Notes: generated from the sequence alone by a model not told the origin. A DNA stretch of 62,219 bases, filler included, from Asterionella formosa (GCA_002256025.1; 23 parts of 23 records of this genome joined end to end with filler, not necessarily neighbours in it); one strand, 5' to 3'; positions 23,004 through 35,930 are shown, counted from the first letter of the whole stretch. Program-made: numbers and translations.

Positions 23004-23729
23004 AGCACCAATCATTGCAATGAGAGCATTGTAGAACATTCTGTAGCCACTCAAGATATAGAAACATATAACCATTCTTAAATAGTATAGTTCTAAATTT
23101 CGATCAATTTCATCCTATTTTAGACAGTGATATCGGTGAGAATTACGATCATGCTAAGATAGATGTATGACAAAAGTATACACATCATATGACCATGTTT
23201 AACTAATTATATGATACAATGGTATTATAACTATGATAGTATCATCATACTTCAAGCTCGGTAAAAGTTTACTGCATGATCATAATTATATGATACATTG
23301 ATCATATTTTTGATCGAAAAACTATCATATACGTAAAAATCCTGTGCCACTTAGCGTACGATACCCTTGATCCTATATTCATGATAGTTTTTTTTACAGA
23401 CAACCGGTATACTTTAGGGATGACACGCATGCGTTGAGCAGTGTCTTAGCATAGTAACAGCATGCAGATATAAAATCCTAACACCGAGAACATGTCATGA
23501 AACCGCACCTAGTATAAATGACAATTTCGGTAAGGGCAAAAAAACCTGTTTAACTTCTTAAAAATTTTTAAGTAAAAAAAAATTTGAAATATAGTTGGGA
23601 ACTTTTTATCAATGATAAAAACGCTTAGTGATTTGCTGAATATGTGGTGAAAAAAAGTAATCACGGATGCCCTTGACTAACTCATTGTGCAGATTGCAAT
23701 ACTTTTTTGAAAATCTGGTAATGGACCCT

Positions 23730-24020
23730 CATGCCTGCCAGACGGCCGAGATAGGCCAGCTTTCCATGAAAAAAATATTTCTTAAGTAATTTAGGAAAAC
23801 GTTACTTTCATTGACCGATGACGATTTGCAGAGTGAGTCTCTGAACACGACTCTGATTTGCTGACTGATGAACGGGTTCAGCAAACCGTCTTCTAGCTTC
23901 GGAATCCACATAAGAATCCTAGTACCTTTCTACCTTTAGAACTTTCTTACAAGAACTTGCTCACAATGACTAGGATTTGCTGACTACAACTTAAGCTTGC
24001 TGACAGCGACTGGAATTTGA
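23730..24020 (-). mobile_element. One end of the CATGCCTGCC-TIR element family
   Basis: Reverse complement of about 55420-55721, including the 20-nt subterminal repeats. Confidence 0.75.
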
Positions 24021-24432
24021 AAATATGAATAGATTTTCTGAATGACCCTTATTCCTATGAAGTATATACATGAATGGACACAACCACTACCCCCTGATAG
24101 CCTTTCCAATAACAATATTTATAAGTATATGTAACGTCATATATATATTATTGGTCACTGTCATTATCCTACCAGATTTAACAGCCTACCGGTACTGCTA
24201 TACTATTTGCAATATCATGCATAGTAATTATATCACATATCACCTATATACTATCATGGCTACATAAGATACTGGTACCACCAGGTATGTGTTTTTAGGG
24301 TACCCGAGGTAGCCCTTAGAGAAGCTAGCAGNNNNNNNNNNNNNNNNNNNNNNNNNNNNNNNNNNNNNNNNNNNNTTAATTAATTAANNNNNNNNNNNNN
24401 NNNNNNNNNNNNNNNNNNNNNNNNNNNNNNNC

Positions 24433-26379
24433 ACACAACGAGTAAGATTTTGTCTTGAAGGAAAGCAACCGACAAGAGATCCTATTGCGAAGGTATCAGT
24501 GATCAAGGAAAAGCTGGATTCTTCCTTTAACATCAAGACTTTCATGAGCCGAGCACTTTTCAGAAACGGATCTATGAATTCATTTTTCCACCTAGACTCT
24601 TCAAAACCAGAAAGTGACAAGAGCAAAAACGCTGGTGACTTAGTCTGGGAATCAGCAGATATAGAGCATGGACCGGAGGTGGTTCATACTAGCAGTAGTG
24701 ACAACCCCAACGGGCTGGGCACTCTAAAGCTATCCTATACAGAAGACCCTGAGACCCGAAAATTTGTCTTGAAATGCCTAAACAAGGGCCGCAGAGCACA
24801 ATTTACTCATTTTCGGTATGATTATGCAGTCAAAGCGCATGTCAGGGCACTTGACTCGTTGATCGAGGCGAAGTATCCTTCTGACCATCCACTAATGATG
24901 CGAGCGCGAAAGTCGCTCAACAACGCCCATCACATGCTCCTTTCATACAAGAACTCTGCAAACATTGTCAAGATGGGAATCAAATACGAAGAATCTGGAG
25001 AGTTGGTCCGAGCATTGAAAATGTACACCATCGCCTACCGTATGCGGAGGGATCAGCTTAGTAAAACTCATCCATCCTTAGTCGTTTTGTTGAATATCCT
25101 TGGAAGTATCCAAATCAAACGAATGGAACTGAAGGAAGCTATGCAGATCTTTGAGTTGGCATTGAAAGAAGCTCCCGTTACGTACAGTTCTGATGATGCA
25201 AGTTACGAGGAGGTACCACCTCCTCCGAACAATTTGCTGGCAAGAGCGGTGACCTATAGGGATATGGGTACCATTCACGAAAAGTGGGGTGCAATTGAAA
25301 AAGCTTTAGTGATGTACCATCGAAGTCTTGACTGTACTTCCCAGTGGAAGGACATGTCGTTTGCGAAGAAGGGCCTAGGAGTGTCTCTTGAGGCGGTTAT
25401 AATTGAAGAACCTATTCTTGATTCTATTTGCTCGCTTCAAATGAACAAGCCCTTTCGTTCCCTACCACATTCTGAGGAAAGCGTAGAAATTTCCGAGAGT
25501 GGTGCAATTGAAGTGTGCACGGGGTTCCAATCGATAAACATGGCCGTGCTGGGTGATAGTACTGTTGCAGAAAACTACAACTCCTATTTTCCTGAACCGA
25601 AAACAAAGAAGAAGCGATCAAAGAAGGTCGTAGACCCAACAAGTGAAGGCTATGCCGATGTGGACATTGCCATGACTTTGCATCAAATTGCTCAAATGCA
25701 TCGTCGACAGGGTCAATATGGACAAGCATTAGGGGCGTATAACGCAGCACTACGAGGGATGAAGCACGCCCTTGGTGATGTCCATCCAAACGTTGCTGCT
25801 ATTCTCGCGAATATTGGGAATCTTCAGAAAGAGTATGGAGATTTGGATGCCGCCTACGAGACATACCAAGAGGTGCTTGGAATTGAATCGTATCGACTTG
25901 GTTTTTCCCATCCAGAGGTTGTCGTCTCTTTGCACAATGTTGCCACCATTGAAGCTGCTAGAGGCAATTATGAGCATGCTTTGAATATTTACAACAAGGT
26001 TCACTTTCTTCAAACGAAGCTGTTCGGTGGGGATAACATCGCAATATCAGTCACCGCTGCATGTATGGGTGATGTGCACGAACGACTTGGCGATCTGAAG
26101 GCAGCAACAGACTGTTATGAGGAAGCGCTGAAGATTAAATTGTCTGCAATCGGACGCCACAATTTGGAAGTCGCACGGGTTCTTCATAAACTTGGAAAAC
26201 TCGCCTTTCAACGAAAAGAATTTAACGTTGCGGACTCATACATCTCAAGAGCCGTGTTGATTTACCGATTAAATCGACTTGGGGATGACAACGCTTGGGT
26301 ATTCGATGCCTATCGAGATGCCGCTGATGTTGATGCAGCTATGGCTATGGCTAATCAGCAGTTCCTGGCAGAAGATTGA
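24433..26379 (+). CDS. TPR-repeat protein (kinesin light chain/nephrocystin-3-like repeats), 5'-partial
   Basis: Uninterrupted frame with 42-aa repeats such as HPNVAAILANIG...A...Y...L.I...LG..HPEV. Confidence 0.88.
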   Translation, partial: TQRVRFCLEGKQPTRDPIAKVSVIKEKLDSSFNIKTFMSRALFRNGSMNSFFHLDSSKPESDKSKNAGDLVWESADIEHGPEVVHTSSSDNPNGLGTLKLSYTEDPETRKFVLKCLNKGRRAQFTHFRYDYAVKAHVRALDSLIEAKYPSDHPLMMRARKSLNNAHHMLLSYKNSANIVKMGIKYEESGELVRALKMYTIAYRMRRDQLSKTHPSLVVLLNILGSIQIKRMELKEAMQIFELALKEAPVTYSSDDASYEEVPPPPNNLLARAVTYRDMGTIHEKWGAIEKALVMYHRSLDCTSQWKDMSFAKKGLGVSLEAVIIEEPILDSICSLQMNKPFRSLPHSEESVEISESGAIEVCTGFQSINMAVLGDSTVAENYNSYFPEPKTKKKRSKKVVDPTSEGYADVDIAMTLHQIAQMHRRQGQYGQALGAYNAALRGMKHALGDVHPNVAAILANIGNLQKEYGDLDAAYETYQEVLGIESYRLGFSHPEVVVSLHNVATIEAARGNYEHALNIYNKVHFLQTKLFGGDNIAISVTAACMGDVHERLGDLKAATDCYEEALKIKLSAIGRHNLEVARVLHKLGKLAFQRKEFNVADSYISRAVLIYRLNRLGDDNAWVFDAYRDAADVDAAMAMANQQFLAED

Positions 26380-26860
26380 ACAAGGAGCAGTCTTGGTCAG
26401 TTCCGTAGTGTGTAGACCCATTGAAATATATTAGATGTTAGAGCACGGATTATCACCAAGCTTACTGCGCTCCTGCTAGTTCGAGAAAAAGGAGCAAGTA
26501 TTCCAATATGAAGATGTCATTGATGCCATTCCAGCCGACAATGAAGGAATACTTTGTCTTCCCTAGATTCAAATGTGAGTGGAAAAGTGTGTTGTTGCGC
26601 CATCACCGGAAAAGGTTGGTCAAACTGAATGCTATAGGCTTACAGGGTTCATGAGCATAGGGCCTAGGCTATTTTATCGACCGAGGTGATCTTCGTGGAA
26701 GGGTACAGTTATTCTAACACACTACTACTAGTAGCAACGTAAAACTAAATGTGTATGTGTATATGCTTAAGTGCTTTTGTAAAAGTTTTTTTATTTAATC
26801 CCACCAATGAACATTGAAGATGTGCTTACGAAGCAATGGTACGTGAAACGAAAAGCATGA

Positions 26861-27043
26861 TCATATTTCTGCAAATTCCACCTCATAAGTTCTAAAGTTA
26901 ACGTATGTGGAAGGATGTGTAGGTGGCATTATGAACGACGGCGACGCTATAAAGGCGCTTCGGGAAGTCGTGTCTTCGACGCACTGTCCCATTCTCGACA
27001 TGCATTCCAGAGCGTAATCCCATCTAGCCCGAATGTTACTTTC
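26861..27043 (-). CDS. Possible C-terminal end of an unknown gene
   Basis: Sixty open codons from the contig edge to TGA, convergent on the TPR gene. No recognisable motif. Confidence 0.3.
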   Translation of the reverse strand, partial: ESNIRARWDYALECMSRMGQCVEDTTSRSAFIASPSFIMPPTHPSTYVNFRTYEVEFAEI

Positions 27044-27144
27044 NNNNNNNNNNNNNNNNNNNNNNNNNNNNNNNNNNNNNNNNNNNNTTAATTAATTAAN
27101 NNNNNNNNNNNNNNNNNNNNNNNNNNNNNNNNNNNNNNNNNNNG

Positions 27145-29754
27145 CAGGTGCTGGGCAATGCGGTTGAGTGGTATAAATCCTTGGGATTTGTACACTGCAA
27201 TCCTATTCCTTGGATGGACAGGATCAATCATCCTCTTGAAAACCTTCTTCATGATGAGAGGAACAAGAACGATGGCGATGTTGATTCATACAATTATGGA
27301 CCTGATATGCCAGAACCAGCAAATTTCGAGACCTTTCCTATCGTGCGTTTGCGAACAAATATAACTGGGAGTCTTCTTTCAGCCACTCATTATGATCTTC
27401 TTGATCATCAATTGGAAGAGCAAGCCTATGTGTACTCGATGTTTCTTCCCATTGGGGGTTTCATCTACAAGCAACCAAAAGGTATGTTCGTTTACTTTAT
27501 ATGCTGTATTCATATTCATTTATTCATTCACACATTTCTATTTTTGCATTCATCGCCTGACAGAGGTGATGAATGCGAAGGCAGCTATCAGATCAGAGTA
27601 TGCCCGCTTGGAAGCGCCTTCTTATGCGCTCGGAAAGCGTGCGAGGAGAGGCACTTTGCAAAAGGCTGCTTCTATAGTTACAGCAGGATCAACACAGGCC
27701 CAATCCCGAGTGTTGCAGAAGAGTGTTCCAAAGAAAGCTGCAAAGACGAGGATGAAGACTCTTCCAAGAGCTGTTGCTGCAAAAGCTGTTGCACTCAAGC
27801 CTTCTGCCAAGGCTACTCCCAAGCATGATGCTACCAAAGCCATCACATCCAAGGCAGGTGCTTACAACGCTGCGAAGTCAACAGCCAGGAGCCGAGATGT
27901 TGCATCAATGCCTGTAACTAATCCTTACGAAGAATCTGAATCGGACTGCAAACCAGCCGCGATTCCCAGCAAAAAAGTATCGAAACCAGACTCTAAACCA
28001 GCTGCCATAAACAGGAAAAAAGTATCCAAACCGGATTCCAAATCAGCTGCCACCTCCAACAAAATGGTCTCCAAACCGGAGTCCCAACAAGTTGCTGTGC
28101 CAATAATCAAGAAACGATCGAAGGCTACCTGGCCCCCTTCTAGTTCTATTTCCAAGAAATCACGAGTTTCTTCCAAGGACAATGATGTGATTAGTCTAAC
28201 AGATGATGATAGTAGTGAGTCAAAGGCAACTGCCTCAAAGAATGACCTCCTCCATTGTGTCAATCCTGAACTACCTTCTGTTGTCAATTTCGACAAAAGT
28301 AACCAGAATGTGATCAAGCTGGAACTCATCCTGTCCCACCATGGGATAAGGTCGAAACAATTTGACCTAGCAGGAACTCTTGCTTCACGCCGAGCAATCA
28401 TCACTCAAAGGTTCAGCTCTCAAGGCAGTTTCAAGGGTGTCACTAACACAGCAAATATTCCAAGCTTGCTCTATCAGGCTGATGCAGCCTACCACCAATT
28501 TCGTCAGGAGTGCTTGCAGTATGCGGAACGAGTGTTGTACCCATCATCAAATGAAGATTTGACGAAAAATAATAGCAAGTCACCTCTCACTGGGAACAAG
28601 GGTGTGGAAGAGAGTGCAAAGTGGATGCACAGTTTTCAAGACCCTACTTTTGGCGTTTCCAACAGGTTTGACTCCAAGAGAATTGTTGATGTTCAGGTCC
28701 TACCTTCACCACCTTTGACCAACATTAACAATGAGGGGCGTAAAAATATCGAGCAAGAAACCTTGATTTCTTCCAAGGAAGAGAACATTGTAAAGGCCAA
28801 AGAAGCTGTGGTCCCAACTCCACCAGCTTTGCTTAACAATATTTCTAGTCCAGTCAAAAATCCTGTCCACTTGAGATTTGACCGGAGCACCAAGAATTAT
28901 GATTCAAATACTCATGATTCAGTTCTTGAATCAGCAGCTAAATCAGAGAAAAATGAGCGTAAGGAAAACAGTGGCAATGCCACTGTGGTTTTCTTTCATC
29001 GACCACCTCCAGTATTAGACCCTGCCCTCAAACCTGTGGCCTTAACAAAGCACACCACCAAGGCTAATCGACAAGGCAAAGACGAAGAAGATATTTACAT
29101 CGCCTCAGAGGATGCCTCAGATGCTGGTCCTTTTTGGAATTCTCAAGTCTGTTGAAAAATCGAATATGAAGTTGCTTGGGATCAACTGCAAGGATCATAA
29201 GCAGGTCGAGAAGGGTCCACAGCTTACCCTCCAGCGAGATAGGAACCCTGATGAAACTTTAGGTGAAACCTGGTCAAAGACGACGAAGATAGTTCCATTC
29301 TCTCAGAGGATGTTCCTTCTTTGGAATTTCTCAAGTCTGTTCAGAAATCAAGTGTGAAGGAGGTGCCTGCGGTCGACAAGAAGGATAATGAGGTCACGAA
29401 GGGTAGACTTCTTATTCTCCAGAAGGATCATGTCAAACCGGTACCCAAACCTGTGCCTCCAACAAAGCACACCAACAAGCTGAATTCGCAAAGCCAAGAC
29501 GAAGATATTTCCAATGTCTCCGAAGATGGTCCTTTTTTGGAATTTCTCAGATCTGTTGAAAAATCTGTCAAAAAATTCAACCTACTGTCCCACCTTTCTT
29601 TGCAAAGAAAGAATTTAATGTTGCTCAAAAAGAAAAAGGTAATACGATGCCCAAAAAAGGCCTTCAAAAATATTCTATTCTCTCTGAGAATGTTTCCATC
29701 CCAGGAAAAGTTCTCATCCATGTCCCTGCCGATGGCGAGAATCTTTTACGTTCT
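27145..29754 (+). pseudogene. Unknown large protein fragment: GNAT motif-B-like segment, then a Lys/Ala/Ser-rich low-complexity region; frameshifted 3' repeats
   Basis: QVLGNAVEWYKSLGF resembles NxxAxxFYxKLGF. Intron 27482-27563 joins ORFs 27148 and 27392 in frame. A PFLEFLKSVEKS-type module occurs three times with frameshifts after ~29130. Confidence 0.5.
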
Positions 29755-29854
29755 NNNNNNNNNNNNNNNNNNNNNNNNNNNNNNNNNNNNNNNNNNNNTT
29801 AATTAATTAANNNNNNNNNNNNNNNNNNNNNNNNNNNNNNNNNNNNNNNNNNNN

Positions 29855-31144
29855 GATGAACTTCTTGATCTTGGGATTTGCTGGGAGGATTTAGGAACAC
29901 ACTCCATAAGAAAGGGGGCTGCTACTTATGTGAGTTCATGTCCTGGTGGACCATCATCAGGTGCAATTAGTGTGCGGGGGGGATGGTCAATGGGCAAAGT
30001 GAAAGATATTTATATCCGATATGAGCAGGGTGGCGACATGTTTGTTGGAAGGGCTTTGAGTGGTCTACCTTTGCTACTCGCCCAATTCTCTGCATCCCCT
30101 GCTGTGTTTATTAAATCTGAATCTGCTGAGGTTGGGATCACAACCCAGTGGATATCTGCAACAAAAGCTGCAACTTTCCCAATGATGATAGGCACACCAG
30201 TAATTGGCAACATCGCAGAAAATTGTTTGGCTGCGATTGTACTTCATCAAGCGAAAGTGGAAATGTGGGATCATTCTCATCCAATGAGGCAGTCCACATT
30301 ATTTCGAGTTGCTGAGGTTGGGCTTGAGTTTGCCAGCAACCACACACAGGTCCTATATCCATGGGACCAAGAATCTTCTATTCTGGTATTCACAGGGATA
30401 CCTCCTCATGTTGCACTATTCCAAGAAGTGCAGGGGCTGCAGCGCTTAATCTTAGGTCTTGTAGATCAGTTTGATGAGAGACTTACAAAACAACTTGACC
30501 AGAGACAAATAAATGGTGGAATGTTGGGTGAGACCAGAATGATTGACCTAATTCGTCAAGGGACCAGTGACCTTAGGGCAGCTGTTGCAGCAGCTGGGCA
30601 GGAGCAGAACTTGCGGTTATTAATGGAGGACCTGGAATTACTGGCAGAGATGGCACTACTATGATTGCACCAAAGCGGTTTACACTACATATGTATGGTG
30701 GGCAATTCCATGTTCTACCCCGGCCAGACATGGAGGTTACCAATGAGTCTTGGTCCCTAAGACTTGTGGATGCAATGGTGGTTGGGAGATGTGAGGAATG
30801 ATGTTCCTCCCCTTAAGATTTTGCAAGGAAGAGATGTCTACCATCTAGATTTCATAATGGCAGAGGAGGGTCGTGGTACTAGAAAGGCTCGCAAAATTCT
30901 GTGTGACATAAGATTCTTGATGGTATACTTAGAGAACAAAGTCAGGGCTACTAGAAAGTGGGTTGAAACTCATACAGTGTCCTCAGTTCTGGCAATGTAT
31001 TATGAAGTAGTAGAAACTCTGGTGGTAAATGATGGTAACGATCAGCATCATATATGCCGCCATCCTCAGTTAAGATGGCAGACATTGGTGTTGATCCTTC
31101 GCAAGCAAGAAAAGCATTTATCCATGGGCATGCTAGAAGAATAG
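29855..31144 (+). mobile_element. Crypton (CryptonS-like) tyrosine recombinase, C-terminal half with a GCR1_C-like region, degenerate
   Basis: GTHSIRKGAAT (HxxR), RGGW and DIYIRY catalytic region, then TGIPPHV, YGGQFHVLP and LWMQWWLGD...PPL. Two frameshifts and a stop between 30600 and 30765. Confidence 0.85.
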
Positions 31145-31749
31145 TGTATGATTTTTTACCATTACTTAAGTCCAAATGCAGGTATTTCAGTACCATCTTT
31201 AATCTGACCAGCCACAGAGCATCAGCCATACATAATATACCTATATCAGTATGCAGGTGAGACATGCATCATGCCAGCCGCTAAATCCCGGTATATCCGC
31301 TAAAGATGTGATGCTCATTTTCGACATCATGCATAACATCCAAGCTGATTCTGGATTCCGTCTTTCCATATACTCGTGTGTAGAATTTGTCGTATGTAGC
31401 TACCTGGTACATAGGGCACACACCGACCTCAGTGTCCGGTAAAATGGTTGTGCAACTCATCATCAGACATCTACCGGACACTTACGCTGATTTTCGTAGA
31501 AATGTTCGGACAGTAGGCCGGTTTTTCGACCACTGTCTAAACTTCAGTTCATTCCCAGTTTATAGTTTCACACGTTATATCTAGCACTTCTATGTTGAAC
31601 TTGGAGTGAAGTTTGATCATTAGAGGGGAATACCGGACAAATGGCCGTTTTTCCCCGGTCGTCATTTTCTCGTGGCATTTTACATTGGCAGTGGTTGTCC
31701 TGATGGAATCTTTTTTTATACACTTTGATGCAAACTACGAAAGTATCAT

Positions 31750-32463
31750 GTGTGTATGGGCAATTTCAGCGAGGAAAAAATGCATTCATATGATGAAAAT
31801 TATATGAGTATAATGTGTTTATGGGCGATTTCATTGAGGATCGGCATCAAGCAAGAAATTTCAAAAGCACACACCACATCATACTCATCATTCATTGCAT
31901 CTCCACCTCATGGCAAATACTGTCCCCATTCATGGGCATCCTCTGAGGATGTTAATGAACAAATGATGATAGAAAATATTGTGGCTGGTGGAACAAGGCG
32001 GGCATACATCGCTGATAGCCTCCTGTTTGCAAGGTGGTGCTTGGAGCATCAAACTGGGTGGCTCACAGCAAATGCTAGAAACCGACTCCAACAACTGGAA
32101 ATTGAAGCAGAAGGAATGGGAACAAGGCAAGGCGGGATGCACATCAAATCAGGCTTTGCCCTTTTGCTACAGAATACAGCAGAGGAACCTGTTATTTTGC
32201 AAAACGAGATCACACCATCAGGCTTCATGGTCTACTTGCAAGGATTGCGGCATTGGCGTACAAAAGAGAGGCTGTCCAAGAGCGGTTATGGAAACAAAAG
32301 ATCTGCAATCTACAATTTATTTCGTCTACATAATGGAACAGGCTTCTCTGCTACCTTTGAGCAAGAGTTAAGCAATTTAATGCGAGGTTTCTTCCGAATT
32401 ATTGCTCTTGAAAACAATGATGGATTGGGTGAGGTTCGAGAGGGCAAGGATCCAATGACTTTT
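31750..32463 (+). mobile_element. Crypton tyrosine recombinase, N-terminal half (3'-truncated by contig end)
   Basis: TRRAY..., LSKSGYGNKRSAIYNLFR and EGKDPMTF match the region preceding the catalytic domain in these recombinases. True start codon uncertain. Confidence 0.75.
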
Positions 32464-32599
32464 NNNNNNNNNNNNNNNNNNNNNNNNNNNNNNNNNNNNN
32501 NNNNNNNTTAATTAATTAANNNNNNNNNNNNNNNNNNNNNNNNNNNNNNNNNNNNNNNNNNNNGTTCTGTTCCTGATGGTTGTCACAAAGTCCAGTCCC

Positions 32600-32950
32600 A
32601 CACACTGATAGAGGCCTCCACGGTTTTATCCCCAAGTAGTGTCTGTGCAAGAGTACTATGGTGGGGTTTGTTATACCCTACATGGCAATAAAAATAATGA
32701 GTGGTCAGCTGGATTGACTTGATCAGAATGTGCATAAAGATCCATGATGACTTCTATGATCTCAGATCCCAACTTCTCCAGTTGCTCCTTTATGGTTAAT
32801 TATTGCAAGATTGACAATGTCCTACTCCAAATATCCACATTTTCATACTAATGTTGTGAACAATTAATGATGTTGTTGTGCCATGCATGTCCAAATAAAT
32901 TTGGCAATAGCATCAACACCAAGCATTTGCCTGGTCCCAATTAATGGCTG
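32600..32950 (-). pseudogene. Highly decayed relic resembling the C-terminus of the non-LTR element at 57388-58371
   Basis: Fragments FHNISMKMW and LYAHSDQVNPADHSLFLLP resemble LRTYAMEQW and YSNQISVPADERGHIFGLP. Confidence 0.3.
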
Positions 32951-34116
32951 ACACAACCTCAAATGACCTGGTACCACCATATATTGTGCTGATTGAGAAA
33001 CCCTTGTTATTATGACGGTCCGGCCAATAAAGATAAGCTGATTGCTGGTATACTTGAGTTGCTGCTAATCGCTGCAATCATTTTCAGTCAGACAAATATA
33101 TGATTCAGTTATAGAAATCAAGGACTAATATGTATCCTGCTAGTAGCAAGATGCATTACCTCTTCAGACCACTTACTACAATGTCTGATCTCAACGTAGT
33201 CTATGTAGGGTATCATAGAGTGATTCCTCCCCAATGGATAAAGGGTCACCTAAACTAAACCAAGACATATGCTCTAGTAACCAGTAGTACCTGGTACCCC
33301 ATAAGTAAAATATTATCCCGAACCCTAACATTATCAGAGTCAGGGTCATACCTGACATACATAGAACAATCTAACAACTTACGACTTATAACCCTCAATG
33401 TTGTGCACATGGGTATTCACAAGCTAAATGACTAGAACCAATATATGTGAGCCTTTGGGGTCATGTCATCACCTTTCCAAGACCAGCTCAACGAAGCAAG
33501 CGAATGTAGATTAATAATTTTTAGCTTCCTCTTTTTATTCTTTTACATTCCCTGAACTCATTTGGAATTGATCATCCAAATAGCATAGGGCATGGTCCAT
33601 GGTTTTCGATATTCCCAATTAATGTACATAGTTGCACTATCCCTATTTGTCAGATCCATTAAGCTAGCTTAGTTACTACATTAATACACCTTCTTGGATG
33701 ATATTGTTTATTTTTGCTTTATAGGTTTTGGTTAATTACAGCTATTTACATAGCCTTATCAACTGTATATGCTACCATAGGGGCAGACCAGGCTTTATTA
33801 GCATATGACATGCTTAATGGGTAGCTTACTTTAGACTCCTAATTAGCAACCCAGTTTCATTCTTGCGCTTCTGAAGGAGAATTCTTTTATATTGAGATTC
33901 CTTTGAACCCAACATGGTATGATGACAACCTTACTGCATTATGCAAAAGATTGAACTACAGCCTAACAATCCAGAATGGATTTGAGATACATCTTTGGAC
34001 CAGTTATCATTGTCACCTGAAGGCGATGAAGAATGATAATGAGCATCCAGGTATAAAATGGAATGGTTCCTTTATCCTTCCAAGAGAGTGTGATTTTTGC
34101 ACCCCATCATCCACTG

Positions 34117-34797
34117 TTATGAATAACATGTTCTCATGGTGACATCACTTCGGGTCGGGTCGGTATAACAGTAGGTAAGGACAATATTAGTACGATGCCC
34201 CTGTAGCAACCGGGTCGTTTCATGTGGATGATGACCCCAATGTAGAGTAGCATATCCAGGTCGTTGTTCAACTAGAAATTGGAATGCATTCGTCATCGTT
34301 GTATCATGATCACGAGACGGAGCAATTCCCATCAATGGTTGCGTTCCATGGAACAACACATAACTTCCTCGAATATCAGGACTGGTTTCCAAACACATGT
34401 TTACAGTAATGTCACTAGGGTCTGTATGTTTAGCCCCCGAGGTATCGTCTTGAGTCATGTTGTAGTGGATACAAAAGGCATCATCCAATCGGATATCAGT
34501 TCCAAGGGACGCAACATCAAAGTATCGTGCCATGGTGGTACCAATGTCGGATGATAGAATGCTGTCAAAGGGCATGTTTGGTTCGTCCAATATGTTTCGA
34601 TAAAAGGCATGCGCGTGATCGCCTTCTGCCGTCAAATTCATTGGGGTGCATTGTGACAATTCCTTCGCGAATGCATGGCGCTCCGTGTCTGACCAAGGAA
34701 TGGGACACACACAAATGCCATGCTTCAAAAGCTCTTGTTCATCTGATATGATGGGTAATGATAACAGCGCATCGTGATGATGATGATGGTCCTCCAT
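34117..34797 (-). CDS. 2-oxoglutarate/Fe(II)-dependent oxygenase (prolyl/lysyl hydroxylase-like)
   Basis: HTDPSDITVNMCL (HxD), a distal H in HHPHET, and GHRTN (2OG-binding Arg). ORF intact. Confidence 0.85.
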   Translation of the reverse strand: MEDHHHHHDALLSLPIISDEQELLKHGICVCPIPWSDTERHAFAKELSQCTPMNLTAEGDHAHAFYRNILDEPNMPFDSILSSDIGTTMARYFDVASLGTDIRLDDAFCIHYNMTQDDTSGAKHTDPSDITVNMCLETSPDIRGSYVLFHGTQPLMGIAPSRDHDTTMTNAFQFLVEQRPGYATLHWGHHPHETTRLLQGHRTNIVLTYCYTDPTRSDVTMRTCYS

Positions 34798-35323
34798 TGC
34801 TATTCAATTAAGTGCAGGCATGTAAGGTCTAGATCACTTGTCATTTGTTGGTGTTGCCTTGCATACTGTCATAACCAAACGTGCGCGATCATTGCTATGT
34901 CATCATTGCAAGATCATCGCCCACACACTGCTAATAATCGGGTCGTATTTATTTTATCATGTAAATAGAGTATGTACAGTATGTAGTACAACTTATATCC
35001 ATGAGCATGATGCTGTGCTTCAAACTCGATTCCACTAAAAGGGCAATTGGTTTTGCGGGTAAAAAGAATTCTAATTTCTTCACACTGATGTTTTTTACAG
35101 CTAAATCAATATCGTTTTGTTGCTGTGATCAAGCGAGGGTAAGGAAATGGGGGTTGATTCGAAATCGATTTCNNNNNNNNNNNNNNNNNNNNNNNNNNNN
35201 NNNNNNNNNNNNNNNNTTAATTAATTAANNNNNNNNNNNNNNNNNNNNNNNNNNNNNNNNNNNNNNNNNNNNTCAAGTACAGCCATTTGCAAATAACCGG
35301 ACGCTGGTGTCGTTTCTTTTGCT

Positions 35324-35550
35324 CCATCGACCGAGTCGGACAGAAGTGTCATGTTTATGACAAGTCTCTTCGTTCCAACCACTCCTCATATTCGAAACCC
35401 GTTTGATTCGTCGTTGTGGCAAGTTTTGTTGTGTTGCGCAGGAAGTCACAAATAGGTGGGAGACATCCATCGACCAAGTTGGACAGAAGTGTCAGGTCAG
35501 TTCTTGTCACATCTCTTCGTTCCAACTCCTCTTATTCGAAACCGTTTGAT
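35324..35550. repeat. Two diverged ~84-nt direct repeats, 143 nt apart
   Basis: ccatcgacc...ggacagaagtgtca...tctcttcgttccaac...tattcgaaac...gtttgat at 35324 and 35467. Confidence 0.8.
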
Positions 35551-35930
35551 ATGGCGGGATACAACCTTCCTCGCTGTTTCCCAAGTCCAATGGTACCACC
35601 AGAATGCAGCAAAGTTTTCTTCCCATTCATGATCCTTGGGACTTCGTCATGTTGTGGCGTTCTACCCCCTGCTCCATAACCACAGCCACCCTGTCGCGGG
35701 CCGTTGCAACGCACGATAATGGGTGATGTACCAAATTTTTCCGGTATACCGGTAATAGAGGGGGGGGCCGGGGGCAGCGCTTTGACTTTCACAGCCTCTC
35801 TACAGAGCTGCGACAGAAAATAATAGGGAAAAACATAGTACCACCATAACCGTAGGTGCTACTTAAAGGTGCTGACAAAAGATGTAGACGTACTACCTGG
35901 TACCGGTAGTAACTCGTCAGCCTGGTCCTA

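Noticed and set aside
23534..23673. GGGCA...TGCCC as a PIF/Harbinger MITE
   Set aside because: The inverted match is only about 7 bp and the flanks (TAA vs TTG) do not form a TSD.
23864..23895. CTGATGA followed by a stem (also at 39388) as a hammerhead ribozyme
   Set aside because: The required GAAA after stem II is absent.
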